From assembly GCA_000004985.1 (NCBI GenBank), contig GG738956.1: DNA of 13,852 nt. One strand, 5' to 3'. Under the pieces are notes generated by a model. The model searched no databases. It saw only the letters and a program-made list of their open reading frames with translations, and was not told the origin of the DNA. Every line of letters begins with the position of its first letter. Within the stretch, counting starts at the first letter, position 1. Origin of the DNA: Naegleria gruberi. Its lineage: Eukaryota. A program made the translations under genes and the position numbers. This document shows, piece by piece, positions 1 through 8,608 of the stretch.

Positions 1-16
1 TATATTCAATACTTAC

Positions 17-103
17 ACATTTGTTCACATCAATATTAGGTTGTTCTAATAATAATTTAACAATTTCAATGTGACCATTTTGACAAGCAGTATACAAAGG
101 TGT
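17..103 (-). CDS. Ankyrin-repeat-encoding exon-like segment, copy 1. Minus-strand translation is TPLYTACQNGHIEIVKLLLEQPNIDVNKC. This is the most diverged copy.
   Basis: The reverse complement reads in frame for 29 codons with no stop, in DNA where TAA/TAG are frequent. It fits the ankyrin consensus (TPLH-A---GH-E-VK-LLE----DVN). On the minus strand it is bounded 5' by AAATAG (acceptor-like) and 3' by GTAAGTATT (donor-like). It differs from the consensus copy by I>T, E>Q and one synonymous Leu change. Confidence 0.4.
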
Positions 104-264
104 CTATTTCATTTAATATCATAATTATATTTAATACTTACTTCCTAATTAATTTAATATCATCAATATATTTAATACTTACTTCCTAATTAATTTAATA
201 TCATAAATATATTCAATACTTACTTCCTAATTAATTTAATATCACAAATATATTCAATACTTAC
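104..264. repeat. Minisatellite block 1: four 38-nt units separated by 3-nt spacers (ttc, ttc, ttc on the plus strand).
   Basis: 161 nt = 4*38 + 3*3. The first unit (104-141), adjacent to the exon-like segment, is a distinct variant: CTATTTCATTTAATATCATAATTATATTTAATACTTAC. Its reverse complement ends in AAATAG. Confidence 0.9.
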
Positions 265-351
265 ACATTTGTTCACATCAATGTTAGGTTGTTCTAATAA
301 TAATTTAACAATTTCAATGTAACCATTTTCACAAGCAATATATAAAGGTGT
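265..351 (-). CDS. Ankyrin-repeat-encoding exon-like segment, copy 2. Minus-strand translation is TPLYIACENGYIEIVKLLLEQPNIDVNKC.
   Basis: Same 87-nt unit. It has two substitutions versus consensus: His>Tyr at the conserved GH position, and a synonymous Asn change. The frame is intact, with the same flanking AG| and |GTAAGT motifs. Confidence 0.4.
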
Positions 352-594
352 CTATTTCATTTAATATCATAATTATATTTAATACTTACTTCCTAATTAA
401 TTTAATATCATCAATATATTCAATACTTACTTCCTAATTAATTTAATATCATAAATAAATTTAATACTTACTTCCTAATTAATTTAATATCATCAATATA
501 TTCAATACTTACTTCCTAATTAATTTAATATCATAAATATATTTAATACTTACTTCCTAATTAATTTAATATCATAAATATATTCAATACTTAC
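352..594. repeat. Minisatellite block 2: six 38-nt units with five 3-nt spacers.
   Basis: 243 nt = 6*38 + 5*3. The same variant unit sits immediately next to the 87-nt segment. The generic units alternate between a CATCAATATATT type and a CATAAATA[T/A]ATT type. Confidence 0.9.
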
Positions 595-681
595 ACATTT
601 GTTCACATCAATATTAGGTTGTTCTAATAACAATTTAACAATTTCAATGTGACCATTTTCACAAGCAATATATAAAGGTGT
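595..681 (-). CDS. Ankyrin-repeat-encoding exon-like segment, copy 3. Minus-strand translation is TPLYIACENGHIEIVKLLLEQPNIDVNKC.
   Basis: Same 87-nt unit with one synonymous change (tta>ttg Leu). Frame intact. Confidence 0.4.
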
Positions 682-1006
682 CTATTTCATTTAATATCAT
701 AATTATATTTAATACTTACTTCCTAATTAATTTAATATCATCAATATATTCAATACTTACCAACTAATTAATTTAATATCATAAATAAATTTAATACTTA
801 CTTTCTAATTAATTTAATATCATCAATATATTCAATACTTACAAACTAATTTATTTAATATCATAAATAAATTTAATACTTACAAACTAATTTATTTAAT
901 ATCATCAATATATTTAATACTTACTTCCTAATTAATTTAATATCATAAATATATTTAATACTTACTTTCTAATTAATTTAATATCATCAATATATTCAAT
1001 ACTTAC
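682..1006. repeat. Minisatellite block 3: eight 38-nt units with seven 3-nt spacers (ttc, caa, ttt, aaa, aaa, ttc, ttt).
   Basis: 325 nt = 8*38 + 7*3. It contains a second unit subfamily, AAACTAATTTATTT versus TTCCTAATTAATTT. Confidence 0.9.
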
Positions 1007-1093
1007 ACATTTGTTCACATCAATATTAGGTTGTTCTAATAATAATTTAACAATTTCAATGTGACCATTTTCACAAGCAATATATAAAGGTGT
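1007..1093 (-). CDS. Ankyrin-repeat-encoding exon-like segment, copy 4 (consensus sequence).
   Basis: Identical to copy 5. 29 in-frame codons on the minus strand, flanked by AAATAG| and |GTAAGTATT. Confidence 0.4.
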
Positions 1094-1377
1094 CTATTTC
1101 ATTTAATATCATAATTATATTTAATACTTACTTTCTAATTAATTTAATATCATCAATATATTCAATACTTACCAACTAATTAATTTAATATCATAAATAA
1201 ATTTAATACTTACAAACTAATTTATTTAATATCATCAATATATTTAATACTTACAAACTAATTTATTTAATATCATAAATATATTTAATACTTACAAACT
1301 AATTTATTTAATATCATAAATATATTTAATACTTACTTCCTAATTAATTTAATATCACAAATATATTCAATACTTAC
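1094..1377. repeat. Minisatellite block 4: seven 38-nt units with six 3-nt spacers.
   Basis: 284 nt = 7*38 + 6*3. Same variant proximal unit and the same two subfamilies as block 3. Confidence 0.9.
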
Positions 1378-1464
1378 ACATTTGTTCACATCAATATTAG
1401 GTTGTTCTAATAATAATTTAACAATTTCAATGTGACCATTTTCACAAGCAATATATAAAGGTGT
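1378..1464 (-). CDS. Ankyrin-repeat-encoding exon-like segment, copy 5 (consensus sequence).
   Basis: Identical to copy 4. It is followed on the plus strand by a variant 38-nt unit (1465-1502, ending ACCTAC, reverse complement GTAGGT) and then the N gap. Confidence 0.4.
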
Positions 1465-1502
1465 CTATTTCATTTAATATCATAAATATAGTTAATACCT
1501 AC

Positions 1503-4500
1503 NNNNNNNNNNNNNNNNNNNNNNNNNNNNNNNNNNNNNNNNNNNNNNNNNNNNNNNNNNNNNNNNNNNNNNNNNNNNNNNNNNNNNNNNNNNNNNNNNN
1601 NNNNNNNNNNNNNNNNNNNNNNNNNNNNNNNNNNNNNNNNNNNNNNNNNNNNNNNNNNNNNNNNNNNNNNNNNNNNNNNNNNNNNNNNNNNNNNNNNNNN
1701 NNNNNNNNNNNNNNNNNNNNNNNNNNNNNNNNNNNNNNNNNNNNNNNNNNNNNNNNNNNNNNNNNNNNNNNNNNNNNNNNNNNNNNNNNNNNNNNNNNNN
1801 NNNNNNNNNNNNNNNNNNNNNNNNNNNNNNNNNNNNNNNNNNNNNNNNNNNNNNNNNNNNNNNNNNNNNNNNNNNNNNNNNNNNNNNNNNNNNNNNNNNN
1901 NNNNNNNNNNNNNNNNNNNNNNNNNNNNNNNNNNNNNNNNNNNNNNNNNNNNNNNNNNNNNNNNNNNNNNNNNNNNNNNNNNNNNNNNNNNNNNNNNNNN
2001 NNNNNNNNNNNNNNNNNNNNNNNNNNNNNNNNNNNNNNNNNNNNNNNNNNNNNNNNNNNNNNNNNNNNNNNNNNNNNNNNNNNNNNNNNNNNNNNNNNNN
2101 NNNNNNNNNNNNNNNNNNNNNNNNNNNNNNNNNNNNNNNNNNNNNNNNNNNNNNNNNNNNNNNNNNNNNNNNNNNNNNNNNNNNNNNNNNNNNNNNNNNN
2201 NNNNNNNNNNNNNNNNNNNNNNNNNNNNNNNNNNNNNNNNNNNNNNNNNNNNNNNNNNNNNNNNNNNNNNNNNNNNNNNNNNNNNNNNNNNNNNNNNNNN
2301 NNNNNNNNNNNNNNNNNNNNNNNNNNNNNNNNNNNNNNNNNNNNNNNNNNNNNNNNNNNNNNNNNNNNNNNNNNNNNNNNNNNNNNNNNNNNNNNNNNNN
2401 NNNNNNNNNNNNNNNNNNNNNNNNNNNNNNNNNNNNNNNNNNNNNNNNNNNNNNNNNNNNNNNNNNNNNNNNNNNNNNNNNNNNNNNNNNNNNNNNNNNN
2501 NNNNNNNNNNNNNNNNNNNNNNNNNNNNNNNNNNNNNNNNNNNNNNNNNNNNNNNNNNNNNNNNNNNNNNNNNNNNNNNNNNNNNNNNNNNNNNNNNNNN
2601 NNNNNNNNNNNNNNNNNNNNNNNNNNNNNNNNNNNNNNNNNNNNNNNNNNNNNNNNNNNNNNNNNNNNNNNNNNNNNNNNNNNNNNNNNNNNNNNNNNNN
2701 NNNNNNNNNNNNNNNNNNNNNNNNNNNNNNNNNNNNNNNNNNNNNNNNNNNNNNNNNNNNNNNNNNNNNNNNNNNNNNNNNNNNNNNNNNNNNNNNNNNN
2801 NNNNNNNNNNNNNNNNNNNNNNNNNNNNNNNNNNNNNNNNNNNNNNNNNNNNNNNNNNNNNNNNNNNNNNNNNNNNNNNNNNNNNNNNNNNNNNNNNNNN
2901 NNNNNNNNNNNNNNNNNNNNNNNNNNNNNNNNNNNNNNNNNNNNNNNNNNNNNNNNNNNNNNNNNNNNNNNNNNNNNNNNNNNNNNNNNNNNNNNNNNNN
3001 NNNNNNNNNNNNNNNNNNNNNNNNNNNNNNNNNNNNNNNNNNNNNNNNNNNNNNNNNNNNNNNNNNNNNNNNNNNNNNNNNNNNNNNNNNNNNNNNNNNN
3101 NNNNNNNNNNNNNNNNNNNNNNNNNNNNNNNNNNNNNNNNNNNNNNNNNNNNNNNNNNNNNNNNNNNNNNNNNNNNNNNNNNNNNNNNNNNNNNNNNNNN
3201 NNNNNNNNNNNNNNNNNNNNNNNNNNNNNNNNNNNNNNNNNNNNNNNNNNNNNNNNNNNNNNNNNNNNNNNNNNNNNNNNNNNNNNNNNNNNNNNNNNNN
3301 NNNNNNNNNNNNNNNNNNNNNNNNNNNNNNNNNNNNNNNNNNNNNNNNNNNNNNNNNNNNNNNNNNNNNNNNNNNNNNNNNNNNNNNNNNNNNNNNNNNN
3401 NNNNNNNNNNNNNNNNNNNNNNNNNNNNNNNNNNNNNNNNNNNNNNNNNNNNNNNNNNNNNNNNNNNNNNNNNNNNNNNNNNNNNNNNNNNNNNNNNNNN
3501 NNNNNNNNNNNNNNNNNNNNNNNNNNNNNNNNNNNNNNNNNNNNNNNNNNNNNNNNNNNNNNNNNNNNNNNNNNNNNNNNNNNNNNNNNNNNNNNNNNNN
3601 NNNNNNNNNNNNNNNNNNNNNNNNNNNNNNNNNNNNNNNNNNNNNNNNNNNNNNNNNNNNNNNNNNNNNNNNNNNNNNNNNNNNNNNNNNNNNNNNNNNN
3701 NNNNNNNNNNNNNNNNNNNNNNNNNNNNNNNNNNNNNNNNNNNNNNNNNNNNNNNNNNNNNNNNNNNNNNNNNNNNNNNNNNNNNNNNNNNNNNNNNNNN
3801 NNNNNNNNNNNNNNNNNNNNNNNNNNNNNNNNNNNNNNNNNNNNNNNNNNNNNNNNNNNNNNNNNNNNNNNNNNNNNNNNNNNNNNNNNNNNNNNNNNNN
3901 NNNNNNNNNNNNNNNNNNNNNNNNNNNNNNNNNNNNNNNNNNNNNNNNNNNNNNNNNNNNNNNNNNNNNNNNNNNNNNNNNNNNNNNNNNNNNNNNNNNN
4001 NNNNNNNNNNNNNNNNNNNNNNNNNNNNNNNNNNNNNNNNNNNNNNNNNNNNNNNNNNNNNNNNNNNNNNNNNNNNNNNNNNNNNNNNNNNNNNNNNNNN
4101 NNNNNNNNNNNNNNNNNNNNNNNNNNNNNNNNNNNNNNNNNNNNNNNNNNNNNNNNNNNNNNNNNNNNNNNNNNNNNNNNNNNNNNNNNNNNNNNNNNNN
4201 NNNNNNNNNNNNNNNNNNNNNNNNNNNNNNNNNNNNNNNNNNNNNNNNNNNNNNNNNNNNNNNNNNNNNNNNNNNNNNNNNNNNNNNNNNNNNNNNNNNN
4301 NNNNNNNNNNNNNNNNNNNNNNNNNNNNNNNNNNNNNNNNNNNNNNNNNNNNNNNNNNNNNNNNNNNNNNNNNNNNNNNNNNNNNNNNNNNNNNNNNNNN
4401 NNNNNNNNNNNNNNNNNNNNNNNNNNNNNNNNNNNNNNNNNNNNNNNNNNNNNNNNNNNNNNNNNNNNNNNNNNNNNNNNNNNNNNNNNNNNNNNNNNNN

Positions 4501-6147
4501 NNNNNNNNNNNNNNNNNNNNNNNNNNNNNNNNNNNNNNNNNNNNNNNNNNNNNNNNNNNNNNNNNNNNNNNNNNNNNNNNNNNNNNNNNNNNNNNNNNNN
4601 NNNNNNNNNNNNNNNNNNNNNNNNNNNNNNNNNNNNNNNNNNNNNNNNNNNNNNNNNNNNNNNNNNNNNNNNNNNNNNNNNNNNNNNNNNNNNNNNNNNN
4701 NNNNNNNNNNNNNNNNNNNNNNNNNNNNNNNNNNNNNNNNNNNNNNNNNNNNNNNNNNNNNNNNNNNNNNNNNNNNNNNNNNNNNNNNNNNNNNNNNNNN
4801 NNNNNNNNNNNNNNNNNNNNNNNNNNNNNNNNNNNNNNNNNNNNNNNNNNNNNNNNNNNNNNNNNNNNNNNNNNNNNNNNNNNNNNNNNNNNNNNNNNNN
4901 NNNNNNNNNNNNNNNNNNNNNNNNNNNNNNNNNNNNNNNNNNNNNNNNNNNNNNNNNNNNNNNNNNNNNNNNNNNNNNNNNNNNNNNNNNNNNNNNNNNN
5001 NNNNNNNNNNNNNNNNNNNNNNNNNNNNNNNNNNNNNNNNNNNNNNNNNNNNNNNNNNNNNNNNNNNNNNNNNNNNNNNNNNNNNNNNNNNNNNNNNNNN
5101 NNNNNNNNNNNNNNNNNNNNNNNNNNNNNNNNNNNNNNNNNNNNNNNNNNNNNNNNNNNNNNNNNNNNNNNNNNNNNNNNNNNNNNNNNNNNNNNNNNNN
5201 NNNNNNNNNNNNNNNNNNNNNNNNNNNNNNNNNNNNNNNNNNNNNNNNNNNNNNNNNNNNNNNNNNNNNNNNNNNNNNNNNNNNNNNNNNNNNNNNNNNN
5301 NNNNNNNNNNNNNNNNNNNNNNNNNNNNNNNNNNNNNNNNNNNNNNNNNNNNNNNNNNNNNNNNNNNNNNNNNNNNNNNNNNNNNNNNNNNNNNNNNNNN
5401 NNNNNNNNNNNNNNNNNNNNNNNNNNNNNNNNNNNNNNNNNNNNNNNNNNNNNNNNNNNNNNNNNNNNNNNNNNNNNNNNNNNNNNNNNNNNNNNNNNNN
5501 NNNNNNNNNNNNNNNNNNNNNNNNNNNNNNNNNNNNNNNNNNNNNNNNNNNNNNNNNNNNNNNNNNNNNNNNNNNNNNNNNNNNNNNNNNNNNNNNNNNN
5601 NNNNNNNNNNNNNNNNNNNNNNNNNNNNNNNNNNNNNNNNNNNNNNNNNNNNNNNNNNNNNNNNNNNNNNNNNNNNNNNNNNNNNNNNNNNNNNNNNNNN
5701 NNNNNNNNNNNNNNNNNNNNNNNNNNNNNNNNNNNNNNNNNNNNNNNNNNNNNNNNNNNNNNNNNNNNNNNNNNNNNNNNNNNNNNNNNNNNNNNNNNNN
5801 NNNNNNNNNNNNNNNNNNNNNNNNNNNNNNNNNNNNNNNNNNNNNNNNNNNNNNNNNNNNNNNNNNNNNNNNNNNNNNNNNNNNNNNNNNNNNNNNNNNN
5901 NNNNNNNNNNNNNNNNNNNNNNNNNNNNNNNNNNNNNNNNNNNNNNNNNNNNNNNNNNNNNNNNNNNNNNNNNNNNNNNNNNNNNNNNNNNNNNNNNNNN
6001 NNNNNNNNNNNNNNNNNNNNNNNNNNNNNNNNNNNNNNNNNNNNNNNNNNNNNNNNNNNNNNNNNNNNNNNNNNNNNNNNNNNNNNNNNNNNNNNNNNNN
6101 NNNNNNNNNNNNNNNNNNNNNNNNNNNNNNNNNNNNNNNNNNNNNNN
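1503..6147. other. Run of 4645 N: assembly gap or masked sequence with no information.
   Basis: Contiguous n characters. The ORF-track entries 1461..6155(+) and 1470..6164(-), and the X portion of 1492..6660(-), are artefacts of translating N. Confidence 0.99.
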
Positions 6148-6660
6148 TTCTTTAACACTTTCATTCTTGGTGTTTGTATTATTCAAAGATTCAAACAACT
6201 TTCTCTTCTTTTCATTTTCCTCAAAATTTAATTTTAATTGATAATATCTCTTCCAGAATAATATAAATGATATTTGTGAAGGGACAATGTTAGTATGAAT
6301 TTCCTTTAATTTTGGATCATTTTCCAACAATTTACTAATTTCATCAGTTTTAGAATCAATATCAATTTGAATAGTATTCAAATCATTTTCATCACTTAAA
6401 TAAATTGGTGTTTTGTATGATTGTTCATTGTACAGAATATTTTCAATACTAATATTTGATGATGATTGATCCGAATCTCCCAATTCTGAAGCCAATTCAT
6501 TAATCTTTACAATACCAACAGAAACGGCATCAGCAAATTCATCAATATCCTTCTTGTACAACTCGATCAGTTGGTTGCCATTTTGTGTAACCGTTTGTGA
6601 AACTTGCTCAGCCAGCGATGAAAAGTAATCAAACATTTTTTTTAGAAAATTTTTTCTCAT
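6148..6660 (-). CDS. BSD domain-containing protein, BSDC1-like, N-terminal 171 codons. Partial: it continues into the N gap.
   Basis: The minus-strand ORF starts at ATG 6660 (a second in-frame ATG is at 6636) and runs 513 nt with no stop. The translation contains the BSD-domain signature region ISKLLENDPKLKEIHTNIVPSQISFILFWKRYYQLK, with the conserved FW-RY core at residues 135-139. The F/W codons were verified at 6253-6258. The N-terminal segment LIELYKKDIDEFADAV parallels the vertebrate BSDC1 motif EALEFMKRDLTEFTQVV as I recall it. Codon usage is AT-rich at the third position. Confidence 0.8.
6181..6348 (-). other. BSD domain coding region within the BSDC1-like CDS, approximately residues 105-160.
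   Basis: The conserved FW pair and surrounding helix-forming residues (EISKLLEN ... FWKRYYQLKLNFEE) map here. Domain boundaries are approximate. Confidence 0.6.
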
Positions 6661-6820
6661 AAATTATCTCTTTAAGGTTTTTTTAAAATCTGATTGCAAA
6701 ATTTCCATTTATTGGAAATGCTAGTCTTGTAAATTGTGTTATTCATTTCCTAGTCTAGTAATGAATTCCAGTTTGTGTTCAACATAAAAACTATTGAATT
6801 TGGAATGTCTGTAGCAGACT

Positions 6821-6831
6821 TGGCCGAGTGG
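6821..6831 (+). promoter_or_regulatory. Pol III internal promoter A box (TGGCCGAGTGG).
   Basis: Matches the TRGCNNAGTGG consensus at tRNA positions 8-18. Confidence 0.8.
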
Positions 6832-6872
6832 TTAAGGCGACAGACTTGAAATCTGTTGGGGAAACCTTCGTA

Positions 6873-6883
6873 GGTTCGAATCC
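6873..6883 (+). promoter_or_regulatory. Pol III internal promoter B box (GGTTCGAATCC).
   Basis: Exact match to the GGTTCGANTCC consensus in the T arm. Confidence 0.85.
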
Positions 6884-6901
6884 TGCAGTCTGCGAGTGAA
6901 C

Positions 6902-6905
6902 TTTT
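6902..6905 (+). terminator. Pol III terminator T-run (TTTT), 8 nt downstream of the tRNA 3' end.
   Basis: A run of four T on the coding strand immediately after the tRNA. This is typical eukaryotic pol III termination and supports a nuclear eukaryotic origin. Confidence 0.7.
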
Positions 6906-8608
6906 AAATATTACAGCTTTTGGGATCCATTTTTAGGGATGGAACTTTGGATTTATCTACAATTTACGGTTAGGGATTTTGGATATACTCTCGCTCCAAT
7001 CAAAGAATGGTTGATAAGAATTATTTTACAACTCAAACAAAAAACCTGTTACCGTTTTGGTGATAAATTAAAATTTCACTCTAAATTGTTCGGTGATTCA
7101 AACATGTTACAAACAATGGGATTATTTATTATGTTTTTGTAATAATATATACACAATTTATTTTCCTTCAGTCTGGTAGAAATGTAATTAGTTTAGAACA
7201 AAATAACCTGCAATTTGAATCTGTATGCAGTGGAATTAAGTTAGATTCTTTGGAGACAAGGCAAATATTGAACCATTAATTATTACTACTTCAGTTAAAG
7301 AGAAGCAGAAAAAGGAGAAAACTAAAGCCATCAAAAGAAAGAATAAGGAAACTCCTTAAAAACAGACTTGGTTGTTTTTTTCTTTCAAGGAGTTTTTGAA
7401 ATTTTTGAAATTTCAACCAAACGATCCCAACATCTATGAGCTGCAAATTAATACACGGGAAAATTTTGTGTGAAATTAATGGATTCAACTAATTCTTCCG
7501 TTCCATTAATAATACTATTTATCAATAAATTATATTTAAAGGAATCAATTTGATTTTCTTGATGAAATAAAATGTGCATTTTTTTTATTTAAAATAAAAG
7601 TTTTTTAATACATTATTTTTGATGTTACAGTTTATTCATTATATGATTTGAGGTTGAAATAATCATATTGGACCTCAAGACACCTTGGAGATGTGATTCT
7701 TTGAAACTATTTTCATTTTATCAAGAATATCCAATTTAACCTTTTGAGCTTGTTAGAATATTTTCCAAAAAGAGGCATTTGATAAATTATTGCCGTATTG
7801 TGTTCAAATCAAGAAGGTGGATTGGTTTATTTTTAAATGAAAACATGAATACCAAAAATTTATTTGTTTTTCTTGGTCACTGTATATAGAAATATGAAAA
7901 GAGAGAATTTAAAGACTTCATTAATAAATCGTCTTCTGAGAGTGAGTAGGGATTATTTATAGGAGGAATTTAATAAGAGTAATTCATTCTCCTTTTTCTC
8001 CCAAAACAAATTCTCCTTTTTCTGGTACTTATATTCTGGATTTGGTATTCTTTTTGAAAAAATACGTTCCCCAAAGTGTTACTGAATTTACATACGAACA
8101 CATGGTAGAACCAATTGATCAATTTTTGATTTGGTAATAAATTATGCGTGAACAATAATTTTCAAAGGCTTGTTAAAAAATTTGAAATAATTTGATGAAG
8201 TTGTGTATTTGATTGGATTCTTTGATCTTACATTCTTGAGGTGATGAAGTATTGATGGAAAAATCAAATGCTGAAGGGAAGTTTTTGTGGCGGCTACAGA
8301 TTGTATTTTTTCAAGTATTGGTGTTCATCAGAGTGTGTGTGGACTTGTTGTAATTTATAATTTTATCAAATCACAAATCCCTTTCCAAATCAAATCATTC
8401 GATTCTATTTTGGAAGTGAGAGAATTTCTGAATCAATGAGTTTGTATGGTGAAAAATAAACTGATGTTGAAGAAACAAGGTTTGTTAAAAAAATATTTTG
8501 AATTGAATTTTGAACATGAGTATTGCGTTTTGGTCTCATTAGATTCCTTAATTAATTTCCGATGGAGTGGTTATCTTACATTGTTGTGGTGATGAAATAT
8601 CGGTATTA

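Larger units (their letters stand above)
1..1502. repeat. Higher-order tandem repeat array. Five near-identical 87-nt segments alternate with blocks of a 41-nt minisatellite unit (38-nt core plus a variable 3-nt spacer). The array is truncated by the window start and by the N gap at 1503.
   Basis: Direct reading. The 87-nt segment recurs at 17-103, 265-351, 595-681, 1007-1093 and 1378-1464 with 0-3 substitutions per copy. Between copies, the ~CTAATTAATTTAATATCAT[A/C]AATATATT[C/T]AATACTTAC + NNN unit repeats with an exact 41-nt period (checked at 141/182/223). Block lengths are 161, 243, 325 and 284 nt, which equal n*38+(n-1)*3 for n=4, 6, 8 and 7. Confidence 0.95.
6814..6894 (+). tRNA. tRNA-Ser, anticodon UGA (TGA). 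Eukaryotic class II type with a long variable arm.
   Basis: Folded by hand. The acceptor stem is GCAGACT/AGTCTGC, a perfect 7 bp, with discriminator G. The D arm is GCC-GAGTGGTTAA-GGC. The anticodon stem ACAGA/TCTGT has the loop CTTGAAA, giving anticodon TGA. The extra arm is GGGG-AAA-CCTT. The T arm is GTAGG-TTCGAAT-CCTGC. Length is 81 nt, with no encoded CCA. Confidence 0.92.

Noticed and set aside
104-1377. Recursive-splicing or ratchet sites
   Set aside because: Recursive sites need AG and GT juxtaposed (AG|GTAAGT). Here AG and GTAAGT are separated by a 3-nt spacer (TAG-GAA-GTAAGT), so the motif does not fit.
1-1502. CRISPR-like appearance: regularly spaced 38-41-nt direct repeats
   Set aside because: The units are contiguous and separated by only 3 nt, so there are no unique 25-40-nt spacers. 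The context is eukaryotic, with a pol III tRNA, GTAAGT donors and BSDC1. This is a minisatellite, not a CRISPR array.
1461-6164. ORF-track entries 1461..6155(+) and 1470..6164(-)
   Set aside because: Both are composed almost entirely of translated N. The few real flanking codons are repeat sequence.
6939-7142. 67-aa plus-strand ORF
   Set aside because: Short, low-complexity, AT-driven and without a recognisable motif. Such ORFs are expected by chance in intergenic DNA.
7291-7488. 65-aa minus-strand ORF
   Set aside because: Short, with no motif. It overlaps an A-rich low-complexity stretch and is probably spurious.
7640-7672. Hairpin TTGAGGT-(17 nt)-ACCTCAA
   Set aside because: A single 7-bp stem with a large loop in AT-rich DNA. 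There is no flanking context to suggest a functional RNA or terminator.
7970-8155. 61-aa minus-strand ORF
   Set aside because: Short, with no motif and no supporting signals. Probably spurious.
8562-8608. Possible gene start MEWLSYIVVVMKYRY running into the gap
   Set aside because: Only 15 real codons are visible, so it cannot be distinguished from a chance ORF. It is noted in the findings but not annotated as a feature.
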